Source: Babesia bigemina (Eukaryota). Taken from it: a stretch of DNA of 64,000 nt. Each line of letters opens with the position of its first letter. Position 1 is the first letter of the stretch. The notes beneath the pieces are model-generated. The model made no database searches and had not been told where the DNA came from. It was given only the letters and a program-made list of their open reading frames with translations. Of the stretch, positions 48,223 through 61,814 are shown piece by piece. Location of the stretch: NCBI RefSeq assembly GCF_000981445.1, contig NC_027217.1:2046001-2110000 (forward strand), given 5' to 3'. Made by a program: the position numbers and the translations under genes.

Positions 48223-51200
48223 GGTGTAAAAGGCGCTACTCAAAAGATTCTTACTCAGTTTCAGCAATGCGTTGGCATAATAGGAACTCTTATGAACCAT
48301 AACTAATGTATAAAATGTAGCAATAGCCATATTTATGTATACCAGCTCCATCCATTACACTGGCATCTTCATGAAGCAGAACAGAGGTATTAACGTTTAT
48401 TTAACATCAAGAATGGTGCAGCTTAGCGTGCCGTTCTTCTAACGTAAAACGCTTGAATGGCAATGAACCCAACAGGCATTGTGTAAAATTCCGCAGTTTA
48501 TACATAATGCTGTATACCGCTTTGTAAATTGCCCTTATGCTGCACAATCGTTGTTGACTTGGAGTGGCCTGCCGCCTATCCATTACTGAGATGCATAACG
48601 CCTGTTGAGTTCAGGGTTCATCAACGCATCGCATATTCTACCACTTAATAATGTAATGTTTCTTAATAGTTGCGTTCCTAGTAGACAGTATATCATTTCT
48701 CTTAGGACAACCAAAAACGTGAGCTTCCTCCTAGGTGTGGGAACCGTTTATATATAGGCCTTGGTACATTTCTTGGTCTGCCAATAACTTGGGTAACCAC
48801 GGCTTTTTTTGTCCAATTGGGTTGCATACGGCATAGTCACTGACAATTCATTCTCTAATAAAAGCGAAACGCCGGTATACGCCGAGGGATAAGCTATGAT
48901 CAGACACTAGCCTAATGTAACCAGGCAGAAGGACATAAAACGTGAAATACATGCACGACTCACTAATCCTGGTTGTATTTTAGACTTCACTGCCATTTCT
49001 GGAAGATAGAAATATCAGTATTTTGTCTATTGGTTTCGTCATTTGACTCAGCGCTGACGCCCATATAACCACCCACCAACAACCACGTAGTGGCAAGCAT
49101 TGTAGCAGTTATATCATATAATAAATGCAAGTACACCCTAAATTTAGTCCATGTAGGAAGCATGGTGGCATACTTAGCTTAGATTGAGAGCGCATTTACA
49201 CAATGCAAAGGACACCCAACGTATTCTTGTTCTGATCCACTGATGAATATTTTGGAGCAAATCTAGGTATATTTTTTAACGAGTCGTCGAAGCCTGCTCT
49301 ATGAGGTGTCATATCAATAAGGGCACATATAAAGTTGCATATGGATTGAAACTCTTCACACAAAGTTTGTTTCAATGGTTTTCCATCAACTGATCCTTAT
49401 GCCCAGTCGAGGTGGGGTAACTTAGAACTAATACGATCGATGCTACTGTCTTGAACATGGCGCAACAGTATTCGTCCTACTAATGTTGTTGAATAGTTGT
49501 TGAGGTTATTGGTGTGTGTCATGTATTGTGTATACTGGTTATGGGGATGTAGCATAAATTTAATATTCGGTTGACAGGAGATGGAACAGCCACTACGTAT
49601 TATAGGCTGATGCAGGTTCGCAAGGCGATTAGCGGTAATTTAGAACTGAGTGACGCGTATATGGATAGCAGTAACGTTCGAGTATCAAAACTCAGCGCTG
49701 ATGTTGGACTAACATGGACCAACTTTAGTCACTACATACAATGCTTATAGCACCACAAAACGTTTTGCTATCAAATTCCGGTGAAGAGGAACCTCGTTGA
49801 TGATATATGTGAACATGCCATGGGGAAATAAATGAATGCCGATTTTGGTATTATTGGTACGTTGCCAAATGATGTTCCATGCTAGCATGGTCGAGCCACA
49901 GTAGCGGTGGCTGTACTCTGATCGCAGTGTATCTGGTACAGTGCGTGGATATTATGCTTTCGACTGCAGTGTCATCGTGATTACGTTGGCAAGCAACCCC
50001 ATCAATGCGTTCAATATACTTGCGTGTCCGTAATTTGCAAGTGATACGACATCTCGCACCACGCTTTCTCCCGCAGCAAGTGCATGGCATCCTTACAGTG
50101 GGAGTTTGTACTCTGTATGTTATCAGTGCTTTGAGAGTGTGTGATGGTGGATATGCGTTGTACACGGTCTTGAAAGGTTGTTCGACATAAAATATTGAGA
50201 CCCTCAACCAGCCCACATATACCTCTCTATACACGCCTGATACATTGACATCGTGTTATAGTGCATCACCATTATACATTTAAGATTGAGTTGCATGGAA
50301 TCACTGTAAAAAACGATTCTCAATATAAATTTTACCCTTGTCGACCCCCTGGCCAAGCCCGTCCATACCCAACTGTCTCTTATCAGCTCCAAAAATCCAG
50401 ACAATGCGCCTCAAGCCCAACCTCAGATCGAAGCTTGCTCTAAGCAATTCACTCCGTAATCCACTCTTACGTGGACCTTTGTGGGTAGGCGTAGAGTCAC
50501 ATCCCTCTTTCCCTGATCAAAGAAGCTATGCTGCATCGGAAGAGGCCTAAATATATGTGATAGCAAATACGAAGCAATGACACAGATCAAGGAGAATGTA
50601 AATCCAGGGAACGAGTGCAGACATTCCACAGGGTGCCAAAGGATATGTGACGAAGAGTCTATCAGCCAGATACGGTAGGATCAACACCCAAAAATGTGGT
50701 AAAGGCCAGTGATAAATGCGCCTTAAGCGCGGGCAAATAATTATACAGACTAGACGTAGATGTATACCGTCATCAAAATACAATATTTGGATAATATAAC
50801 TGTCTTTCTCTAAACTGGGGATACCAACGGAGAAATTTTGTTGGCAACGTTAAGATACAAGAGGAGTACAAGGAACCGGTAAATAGCATAATGAGGAACA
50901 ATTCAACGACCGAAAATCCTTAAACTTCTGCACTGTATGATGCGTCACATCGTTACCGTGAAGCATTATGAATCTGATTATGACTCCGGCTAACAGACAG
51001 GATGGATGTCATAACGAATGACACCAGTAGCCATTGCCAACAGTACGTTTTTGAATTTAAAGCGACTCATAAAGCGTGCATACCACAAGCTAGGAAGAGG
51101 AGCGACAAGTGGCACTGGCAGTACTTGGCCACATGGCGCACGATACAATTTGGAACACATTACGAAGGCCGTAGAAGACAGCTAGCTAGTTTTATATATA

Positions 51201-51591
51201 GAGGCTCATATACCTGCTATGAATCTATTTTTTACAAACATGGCCTTTCGCATTTTATTTATTAATGATGAAAACTCTTTCTATGTGTTTGTGCCACTTT
51301 TCGTTAGATGAACAAGCCCATAATTCTGGGGTGAAACGAATTACGGATGACAACTCCATCGTATATAACATCTACATTATTATGCACATATCACTTATTT
51401 TGCGTAGTTTCATTCAACATGATTTGATCGCAACGAATGCCGTGAGGTACGGTACCATATATGACGCCTGACATTAATGTTCCGTTTCTTATTCATATAC
51501 TATGACCCACCCATAACTGTTACTTAAAGTCACCTGAAGAGTCCTTTGGAGAGTCGCTTGGAGAATACACAGGAAGTCTTGATACAGCAAA

Positions 51592-53110
51592 ATGTCACAG
51601 CCTAGCTCAAATGGCGCAGCTACAGCAAATTCTAAAAAAGGTACTTATGGCCCACTGGCACAAGCACTGTACTTTCTGGTGTCCTTTTTCGAAGGATACG
51701 ACCAGCAGGTCTTATCCATGTGTATGAGGGCTTTTGAGTTGACATTGGGGTTTTCTCAGTCTCAGTTATCTACGTTGGCAACCGTGTCTACCATGTCTCG
51801 CATGGGTTGCTGCATAATTTGGGGGTTGCTTGCAGACGCCCATGAATCGCAGTATGTGCTTGGAGCTGGCTTGTTAGTAATGGGCCTGGCTTCCATTTTC
51901 CTAAGTTCCGCGTCGCACTACAAAGTGGTAGGTTGCAAATTTCACCCTGGTGATGCTTGATCAGATTGTTTTTTTGCGATTCTTACACGGGTTTGGCTTC
52001 GCGTGTGTTTACCCAGTGCAACAAAAAATCGTCTCCGAATCAACTGACTCGAAGGAAGCAGAGGAAGCAGCGAAGAAGGTTGAGGGTGCACAGAACCAGG
52101 GCAAAAAGCCGGATGAAACAAGTAAGAAAAAGGAATCGAAGGCAGCTAGTAAAATATTCAACTACCTTCAAGCGTTGAACTGCATTGGACGATTGCTATG
52201 CGCCGTCATAACTACGATTATTGCACGCAAAGTGTTATTGGGGTATTATGGCTGGCGCACGTCGTACGTTGTGTTGGGTTATGTCTGGATATTGTTCGGT
52301 ATTAGCATCGTCTTTGGAATGAAGTTAGAGAGATGTGACGATAAAAATAACTCTGCTAACTCCGAAGAGAGATTTATTCAGCGTATATCGGGCGCCTTTT
52401 CGGCAGTTTTTAATTGTAAGACAGCAGGGATATCTATATTTACCCTTTTCATCGCAGAAGCGCCAATGTGTGCGTTTAATTATATGACTATCTATCTGCA
52501 ATATTTGGGGGTATCTGACACAATGGCTGGTGTTGCGATTGCTATTACATTGATTGGCGGTGCAGTTGGTAGCGTAGCTGGTGGAATAGCTATAGAAAAA
52601 TTTGCCAAAACTCTACCGGATTATGGTGAACTCATTTCTGGATGCATAGTGATGATAGTGCGATTCGTTGTGTGTTTATTATTCTTCTTAGGCAAGTTGC
52701 CATGTGGGAAGCTCCTTTGGTATCATTACGTAGAGTTGGCAACTCTTGGGGGAACGCTAGTAACTGTTGGTGGTGTGGATAGGGCCATTATGAAGGATTC
52801 AATTGACGACAACCATCAAGCAACAGCGTCTGCCATCATTCGAACCATATCAGGCATTTCTAGTAGTGTAATTCTCTTCCAAGTTTCCGCATATTTGACT
52901 GAAAAGGTGTTCGGCTATGTTCCGTCTAGGGAGTCATTCGACATCATGGCTACAGAAATTAAAGAAAGGAATGCCGAGGCCCTGCGGAAATCGATGATGT
53001 ACATTATTTTGGCAGGTACATTACTAAACACACTGTGCTATATTCCGCTGTTTTTCACGTATAAAACGGAAAGAAAAAGCAAAGACTCTCAGCAAACAAC
53101 AGCACAATAG
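51592..53110 (+). CDS. MFS-type multi-pass transporter, copy B; one intron 51928-51964
   Basis: Paralog of 43745-45518 (EGYDQQVL, WGLLAD, LRFLHG, ALNCIGR, IAEAPMC, TLVTVGGVDR, EALRKS). Confidence 0.85.
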
Positions 53111-54694
53111 CGAGTTAAAAAATATGGTGTGCATGAAAAAAATCGGACGGAATTCGAGGTTGCTTGTGTACCGAGCACGTGACTCCCATATGTTGTCTCT
53201 TAAGAGTGACTTAATGAACTTCCATGAATGTCATTTCATATTACCATGTTATGTGGTTCCATTGATATTTCGATTCGTGAAGGTTTATGCAAACCAAGTC
53301 GTACTACGGATCACTGATTTCTCAGTGCAAAGGCGTTATAGAACCGGAGAACTAGGGCCTATATCAAGTATACATCCTCGGCACCCTTTAAATCCGTTTT
53401 GTATCTACCACCTATACACGAGTACCTGTGACCGGTGCTCATCGAGGGGCTGGAGGAGGGCTTCCACAAGTTTCGCTGAGTGCTTTGGAGCTCGCAATTT
53501 ACTAACATCACGCCGTTGAGTCATACAATTCCATCTAAAGATGAAATTGAAGTTAACGGTGATATATTTTCTAAAGAATGAACCGTTTACTCACTTCATA
53601 ATCAGAATGGGTTAGATGGCATTATAGTGAGGTTAATGACCTACGCAATATACGTCAATTCAAAACAGGCCTTGCCATTTGCCGTATATTGTATTGGTAT
53701 TAGCAGTTCGGTTATATAACCTTATGAAAACATTAGCCCTGTAGTTGTTAGCTGCTGGAGCAAACGGGTTACAGGGCTGATGCCCGGAGCGCACTCGTGG
53801 TATAAAACGGCATGATTTTTTATTAACGGCAGAATTAAATTGCATCGTATAGAACGCTGGTGACACCAAATACTCTAATTCGCACACACGTAATGTGAAT
53901 ATCGCGTTTTATTATCACCAGTAAAAAGTAGTATACGCCTCTCACCGTTAAAGACATAAACCGCTGTATTGTATGGTCTTATCGACATGTGTTCAACTGA
54001 CTTCACGGTCAGCTACACGTATAAACGCCAAAATACGGCCCTCAGATGCTACGCTGTTACCTATGGTTTCAAAAAAGGGACCAACTCGGCTGTTTAGGTA
54101 CGCCACAGGGTATCGCTAAAACGAACCGCTATTGAAATATTGATACATAAATTAAACATACATCACCAGTTTCGTCGTCCATATTTATTTGCCTATGCTG
54201 AAAGCCATTTTGAGGATCAACCGTCGCCGTGGTACAACACCTCCGCTATTACCAGCATATGAGCGGTAACTTACAACATATGAGCGGAATTCACGGCGAG
54301 CACGGCCATAAAGAAAACTATACGGTACCTATTTGACTGAGGTGCTAACAATCGTTCGTTGTGTGTTGTCTTCCACATCACCAGGGGCTCGGTCGCGCGT
54401 CGGGGAATGTTGGGAGGGCCACCTCGATTGGAAAATCGCGCGGCTACGGCAAAAGCTACAATTGTATAAGGTCGCGCATACCTTTACTCTATATTCTGGC
54501 CCGAAACACGCGACTTAGAGGTATGTTTCAGCCGCAGATGAGCCGAGCCCGCCACGCTGTCGTTGCAGCTGCTCCGCAGCATCAGGCGAGGCGTTATGCG
54601 ATAAGCCCAAGCGGCCTCAGCATTTCACTACAACTTTTGTGTTGCATATATCGAGTTGTGCGAGGCTGTAACGTCGCTCATCCGCTTGCAGAAA

Positions 54695-55281
54695 ATGACG
54701 GAGGAGAATGTGATGCGCAACATCCGTATCAGCAAGCTCGTGCTGAACATCGGTGTGGGAGAGGTATGTGTGACGTAATTTGTGGTCATATGAGTTCAGT
54801 CTGGCGATCGTCTCACCCGCGCCGGCAAGGTGCTCGAGCAGCTGACCGACCAGAAGCCTGTGTTCTCGAAATGCCGCTTCACCATCCGTTCGCTTGGTGT
54901 TAGGAGGAACGAGAAAATCGCCTGCCACGTGACTGTGCGCGGCAAGAAGGCTCTTGAATTGCTCGAGCGTGGCCTCAAGGTCAAGGAGTACGAGCTTAAG
55001 AAGGAGAACTTCTCTGACACTGGCAACTTCGGTTTCGGTATCCAGGAGCACATCGATTTGGGACTGAAATACGACCCCTCCACCGGTTAGTGATACTCGT
55101 TGAACGTTTATAGTGCGCAGGTATTTACGGTATGGACTTCTACGTGCAGCTGATCAGGCCCGGCTACCGTGTCACCAAGCGCAGGAAGTGCAGGGCTAGG
55201 ATCGGCAAGAACCACAAGATCACCAAGGAAGACGCCATGAAGTGGTTCCAGGAGAAGTTCGACGGTATTATCTTCAACTAG
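54695..55281 (+). CDS. RPL11: 60S ribosomal protein L11 (uL5); 3 exons
   Basis: [32 protein letters not shown]...[26 protein letters not shown]. Confidence 0.97.
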
Positions 55282-55998
55282 GTTCTATCGTACGCTCTAA
55301 GCGAAACACCTTTTGTGTAATTTTTGCACGAAAGCAGTTAAAAAAACACATCTAGCGCCAGCGTTTGGTATGTGTTTGGCTTGTTTAAGCCGAACGGTAA
55401 TGGGCTCACACACTGTGTCGCCGGTCTGGTGTTCGGTAGACATTCGGAAAAAGTTACGAACACGGCACCTGAGAAAGATCGCTGTTAGAGCCTACAGTTC
55501 TGTATTTATATGGTCAAAGTGTTATATATGGCCGCCTCCTCTCCCCCTTGTGACCCTCAGAGCGGAGCGCGACTGCCCCCCAGCACCGCGGCCCGAGCGG
55601 CACTACACCCGAACTCAAGCACTTGCATTGATTTCCGTCAAATCCGGGTCATAGGTACGTCTTCGTATAATGAAATTGTGTTTCTGAATCAACGGCTTCG
55701 CGCTGCTCCGGAATTGTTGGCATATGCTCCGGCGTCCTGGCAGGCTGCCTGACCCGTCGGAGCGTTGGCATTCGCCGCCGTGTATTACCACCAGCAGCTG
55801 TAACGTTTTAAAACGTGTAGTCTGCGGGGGTTAGCTGGCGGAGTCGTTACACCGGTGGATTAGCGGCGAATACGGGCCATACGTCATTGTGGTGTTGATA
55901 GAGGCGGCGGCGTTTCAGGGCCTGTGGCCCCTGCGGCTACCTTCCATGCCTTCATTTTTAAAAGCAGAGGTATAATATTACGTGCAGGTCATATAAAG

Positions 55999-56463
55999 AT
56001 GGCGATCCAGATCACTGCTTCCGACCAGTTCCAGCACATCCTTCGTATCCTCAACACCAACGTTGATGGACGCGAGAAGATCACGGTCGCCTTGACCGCC
56101 ATCAGGGGTATCGGACGCCGTATGGCCACCGTGGTCTGCAAGGTTGCAGGCATCGACGTGACCAAGAGGGCTGGCGAGCTCACGAACGATGAGATCAACA
56201 AGGTGGTGACCATCATCGGCTCCCCTGCGGACGTCATGATCCCCGCCTGGTTCCTCAACAGGCAGAAGGACTACAAGGAGGGAAAGAACATGCACAACAC
56301 CGCGAACATGCTCGACACCTGCCTTCGTGATGACCTCGAGCGCATGAAGAAGATGCGTCTCCACAGGGGTCTCAGGCACTACTGGGGACTTAGGACCCGT
56401 GGTCAGCACACCAAGACCACCGGCCGTCACGGCAGGACCGTGGGTGTCGCAAAGAAGAAGTGA
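55999..56463 (+). CDS. RPS18: 40S ribosomal protein S18 (uS13)
   Basis: [25 protein letters not shown] and [22 protein letters not shown]. Confidence 0.97.
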   Translation: MAIQITASDQFQHILRILNTNVDGREKITVALTAIRGIGRRMATVVCKVAGIDVTKRAGELTNDEINKVVTIIGSPADVMIPAWFLNRQKDYKEGKNMHNTANMLDTCLRDDLERMKKMRLHRGLRHYWGLRTRGQHTKTTGRHGRTVGVAKKK

Positions 56464-57041
56464 GCGGCTGAAGTATTTTGGGGTCGTCCCCTACTAAGCG
56501 CGTACACGTGGTCAATAATATCGTTCGTCAGTTTTCCCGCCCGGTAGATATAATGCCGCATTTTTTTGCACCGGCGTGTTGTTTCGTACGTGTGCGTATC
56601 TCTTTGCGCGGTGTATTCGATTGAGCTACTGAATGTTAAAGGGAGTCCCGTAGAGAGGTCTTCCTGCCACGTATGAAACGCGGGCGTGGATGGTGCCAAT
56701 ACCCGGTAATTACGAGCAATTACCACAGAGTGATACCAATTATAACCGAAATATTGTAATGATCCAACAGAAGGCGATTGAATCGCCGGATACAGGCAGT
56801 GTGTACCTCTGTGTTTGCCCTTGGAAGGTAGTTGCTATGGAAGCAATGGTACCGTAGACCATATTCTGGCACTTACAAAGTCTTATTTATATATACGAAT
56901 CGCGTCTTCTATTGAGATACGTCCACATATGTCAACTTGGGATATCCAAAACGGCCGAGATACGCTACGGGTCGTGCCGCCAACAGAAGACACCAACAAA
57001 GGCATTTAAACCAAAGGAAGGCACACATCTCGCAACTGCTA

Positions 57042-58590
57042 ATGCGCTGCACAATCGTGCTTGCGCTAGTTGTATCATCGCAAATCGCAATTGCCGCCCC
57101 GGGCAATAAAAAACAGCAGCAGGATGACATCACCGTCACTGGGCTGGTGGTCATCAAGGACCGGACGTACCGAGCGACGTGCAACTGTCCAGCCCGTAAG
57201 TTTGAATGCACGGAGTATCACTGCCAATTAGACGTAAAGTCACTGGAGAACATGATCTACATCAGCAGGGGTCTCTGGTATGTTGCCGTATTAGCCACCT
57301 AATCACGTTACAGCTATCCTTCCAAGGTAAAGGTTAGAACACATGGGGTTCACGACCCGGACGAATACAAGTTGTTGGTCGACGGTATGCACCTGATACC
57401 GCATGAGGACTTCACAAGCGTTCACCAACACCCTCTGTCGGCAATGGACGGTAGAGTCAAAGGGAAGGCCTTCTATGCCCCAGGTATGACATGACACAAA
57501 ATCGCATTATTTAGGCCAATACGACGACACGGTTGTTGTTATAGTGTAAATATATGGTGTATTACACGGTCCACTTTGTGAACAAAACCGCTTTGCTCGT
57601 GGTGTTGCATTGCCGAAGTTGGGCCCACAAAATGCGATGACAACGCCTAAAGTTTCGCGCGCAATTTACCTTAAAGGTCTGATGAATGTGCAGGTGGCGA
57701 TCTCGGCATTTTCATTTTGGCGATGCTGAACATGTATGAAAACGATGGAATTCCAACCCAGCAAACGGTCACCAACATGTTGCGGGAGTACGTCCGCCAA
57801 ATACCAAAAGGCCGCGACTTCAGGCATGCTGTCGACGAAAAGTCAGTTGAAGCGATTCGAAACGCTCTGAAATGGGTATGTATCAACTGACAGCCCGGTC
57901 ATCATGTATGCAGGAACTTATCGAGCTGACCAACATCGACCCGCCACATCAAAAGGCCGTAAAAGACACAATCGCAGCGGGAGCAGTACGTCGAACATGT
58001 TCAAACCAGTAGATTAATGTGCAGTACGGCAACCCGTTTTTGAATTATTTGGTTCGCAAGTTCCGCAACAATCCGAGCAAAAAAAGTAAGTCTCACGTGA
58101 CAAATCGTGGATAATCCGCAGCCATTGTAACGGAATGCATTAACGCCTTTTTCGAAATCGTGTGGGACAAGAGTGACAGCATGTGGGAGCGAATGGTTAT
58201 ACAACTCCTCGAGGGGGAACACAAGCCACGAGCGCTTATGGAATTGTCCGTCTCCAAGGGCTGCGAACTCGCCCGCATGGCGCCTCTAGTTACGGCTAAG
58301 GTTGAAGACATGCAGCTGCTGATATACACGGAATTCGCCGCCAATTATCGCAAACGGGAAGTGGCAACGTTCATCTACAACCAGCAGGACTCGCGCAAAC
58401 GAACATTGCCGCTGGACGAGGTTCTGCAGCATCTGGACAAGCTCAGTAAGTGACCGTGGCAACCAATAAAACACAATGCAGCCCACACCGTGACGGAAGA
58501 GTACGGTAGGTACTAAAAGAGGCGGAAAAACTAGTTGTAGCTTCAAGTGAATTAGAACAACTGCGTTATTACAATATCACTTTCGTGTGA
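57042..58590 (+). CDS. Secreted protein with degenerate zeta/Cd-carbonic-anhydrase-like motifs; about 9 exons
   Basis: Signal peptide MRCTIVLALVVSSQIAIA. Phase-compatible introns (57196-57231, 57278-57313, 57484-57693, 57876-57913 and later ones) give one reading frame ending YYNITFV*. Confidence 0.65.
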
Positions 58591-61500
58591 TTGTGATTTC
58601 GTGGCGGTTCAAAATATTGCCCACGGCCACGTGTATCGCACGACGGTGCGCATCTATCCACGAAATGCTCTCTACGGTATAGCCGAGTTTGCGAATGATT
58701 CTGCGCGCAAGGTCACGAAGCGTACAACCGCACCCACCTGTTGCGGTACAAGGTCTTCCCAGTGGGGAGCAACCGCATAGCGCCAATCTTTAAGTGTGGC
58801 AACGAATACTCACCGCTGAAAGGCGCTTAAATTACTGCACGAAACCGTACCATATTACATTGTAGTGGCAGGGGCCATCCATCTCGATCACGAGGTCCGG
58901 CGAAAACTCGTCAGAGTCCTGGTTCCGGCATATGGCAAAGTCAACGGTGATGCCGCGATATATGGCATATTCACCCTTGAATCGCACCCCAAAACTTGAT
59001 AGAGATCGACGCACTCTGTCCTGCGACGCCGACACCGGCACGCTATTTCTGGCTGAAATCGTGTCCCGGATAGCTGCAGATATGACTTGATGCGGAATCA
59101 AGTTGTGGAGTGGCCACAGTGGCATGTATGCCGACAGTTTTGGAAGCTCCACCTCCAAGCTGGTGTATATCTGCAGAACCTGAGCGGTATTAAAAATGCA
59201 GAGAATCGTGCGTTACCTTGCGGAGGTCCTGGTGACGGCAGGCCTTCACAAACCGCCGCCAGTTTATGCGACCAATCAATCGAATCAGACGATCCAATGA
59301 TGCGAAATTCAGTAACGTGAAGTCAGAGAGCACTATCGACCAAATCACCGACGTGAGCTTCACGTCCCAATCCCCTACTTCAGAACGGCCTCTGGCGGAT
59401 GGGTAATCAGCACGGTGCCCATCCAGGAGTGCTTCAAGCCTAGTTAGTAATGCGTCTGTCAAGTCTTGCGTGACTAGGTTGAACGACATCAGCGTATGCG
59501 ACATCAACGCCAGCTGGCCCATCGAGCACACTTCAAACTTCGCACAGAGCTGAACGACTTTGTTATCACTTGCCAGACAACTAACGATTTCGCGAATGCG
59601 CATGAGTGTTGCGTGGTGGTATATGCGGTTTTTCTGAAGTGCCCAAAGCAGTTGACTCAGCGCCTCCACCTTCACCATGAAGTCTGGGTTTCGCGAATTG
59701 GCCAGCCACTTGAGACAAAGTGCATTGTAGTCACCCTCGTTTATGTCTTTAATTGTGGCAGCTGCGTAAAACATGAAATTTGACAAGTTCTGCGAGTCCG
59801 TGACCTCCTGCATAAATATGGCAGAGCATGCAGTGCGAGACCAACCTCGAGGCGATCCATGAAAAGCGACCTCAACACTTTCATCCTTCTAATAACCTTG
59901 TCACGTCTCCCATCTCCGCTACTCTCACTAGATACGGACGGCGAATGAATGTCAGAACCACCTGTTGCAGAGAAGTCTTCATCGTTCAGTGTATACGCGA
60001 GTAAATCATCCATGGGAACACGGTCCAACGAAAACACAGTATCCGGCTCATCCGGCGTCCTCTTCGCATCACGACCTAACGAATTGTACAAACCTCCCAT
60101 TAGCTTGACGGTGTTCTTAATGGGCAGTTCTTTGAGCTGGGGAATCACGTGGTCCAACAGGAAGCCTATGCGTCGGACATCCACCCGAAGGGTGAGCATG
60201 CCCCAGCATAGGTCACCGAGAACTACTAACTCATCCTTCGAACTGTTACCAAGCGGAACTTGGGGCAAACTGCAGAAAAGTGTTGACTGGTAGCAGCGAA
60301 ACTAACACTTGCAGAACCTTTTCCACCGCCTGGCTCTCCCAGAAGTTGTTCTTGGCAAACAGGTGAATTATTGACGACAGCGAAAACAAATCAGTGTTTA
60401 CCCCGCCAGTGTCCTGTCGTGACTCTGCACTCAGGCGGCTAACAAAGGCTGCTGAGCCCAACGTATTAGTCAACGCGCTGTCGATGTTACGCAATAACTC
60501 GACGCCACATTCCTGGTGATACAAAGATCTGCACAGCCTGCCAACGTCAGCGAAGGTGGCTTTGCGCACACTGGAGTGCCACACCTCCAACGCGTCAGAG
60601 TCACACCCAACCAGCAACGGACGGTTGGAATGTTCGTGTTGTAACCGATTAGCTTTCGGGGATGATGAAGTCTCATCATCGCAAAGTGGAACTGTCGCCA
60701 ACTGGGACAATAAGATGGACATAACTTCACTGGGAACTTTATACGTCTTGCTGATGTTGAAGAGTGTCACGCAATCCTGCAGCGCAAGGTTGATGAACCC
60801 CCTTGCCGCCCGATCCCTCATCGACTGGTTCAAGAACGAAATCAACCTTGGGCTGACATCCTTGCTGCAACACGATACGAATACGCTTACCAATTCAGAA
60901 TCGGTCATCAGGTGAGCACATTGTTCGGCTAGCACCTCAATGGATCGCAGTGCGGCACAACGAGCCTCTTCCATTGCTTGATGGATTTCATCCGGTTCCA
61001 CCCGTTCCTCGTCCTTGTGAGGCATATTGGTTTGAATGTGTGTGAATATAGGCTCGGCAGCTAACATCAGCAATTGTTGGACGTCCTTCCCATTCGGACG
61101 GGCCAAACCAGCAACGATGCCGTCGACGACCAGTTGGACCACGGCCAGACAACGACGTACCAGTGACCATCGGCTCAGCATGCGGCTGCTAAGCGCATCG
61201 CTTGGAGGAGAATGTGTTAGCGACTTGATTGCAGTGACGCCCTTGTTCTCCACATGTATCGGATCACTGCCCCTGAGACTTCCAGCCAGGCTGCTGGCAA
61301 TCTTCATCGAATGCCATAAGAGGCCGACCAAATGCTTGCTACGGGGGACTGAAACCGCACCCGTGACAGCGTAACGCTCGATCTGGTCAAGCAGATGCCA
61401 TGTGGCAGATTCCGCGAACTCCACGCAGGCGAGAGTAGCATCGCCTAGGGGCTGCCGGAGCACTCCAGAGGAGTCTATAATCCGCAACGCATATAGTCGT

Positions 61501-61814
61501 CCTACTGCCGACAGACGAGGGTCAGACAACGCGCTGGCTGTAAAAATTGTGGGACATTTCAGGGGCTACGCACCAGGAGGCTGCGCAGTAGACGCACAAA
61601 GTGAGAACAGCTTCTGCAGAGACTTTGCACCGCGTATACGGGTGTCTAGAGATGAAGTGGAGGACGGCTGTGACGTGGCGCAGCTTTTCAATGGAGCGTT
61701 GGTGCGCTTAGATTCAATTGCGGAAGGCCGAAGTGAACTTGACGATGTACGAGCTGGTTCGCATCTTAAAGCAGCTGAGCCAAAGAGCCTTCTACTGAAA
61801 TGTAACGACCACAT
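58577..61814 (-). CDS. RAP-domain RNA-binding protein, probably mitochondrial; multi-exon
   Basis: Presequence-like MWSLHFSRRLFGS, a long helical body, and a RAP domain (SASQDRV...EY...TVDF...VIEMDGPCHY...RKLGYTVESISW). Confidence 0.8.

Larger units (their letters stand above)
37430..54600. other. AT-richer, gene-sparse accessory (multigene-family) island
   Basis: Visible drop in GC content, 2-3.4 kb spacers versus mostly well under 1 kb outside, and only lineage-specific or family genes. Confidence 0.8.

Noticed and set aside
54256..54287. Direct repeat catatgagcgg x2 upstream of RPL11
   Set aside because: Only two copies and not noticed upstream of RPS18; insufficient support.
37430..54600. 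Island as prophage, transposon or contamination
   Set aside because: No transposase, integrase, terminal repeats or telomeric repeats were seen. The genes are Babesia-type families with native short introns.
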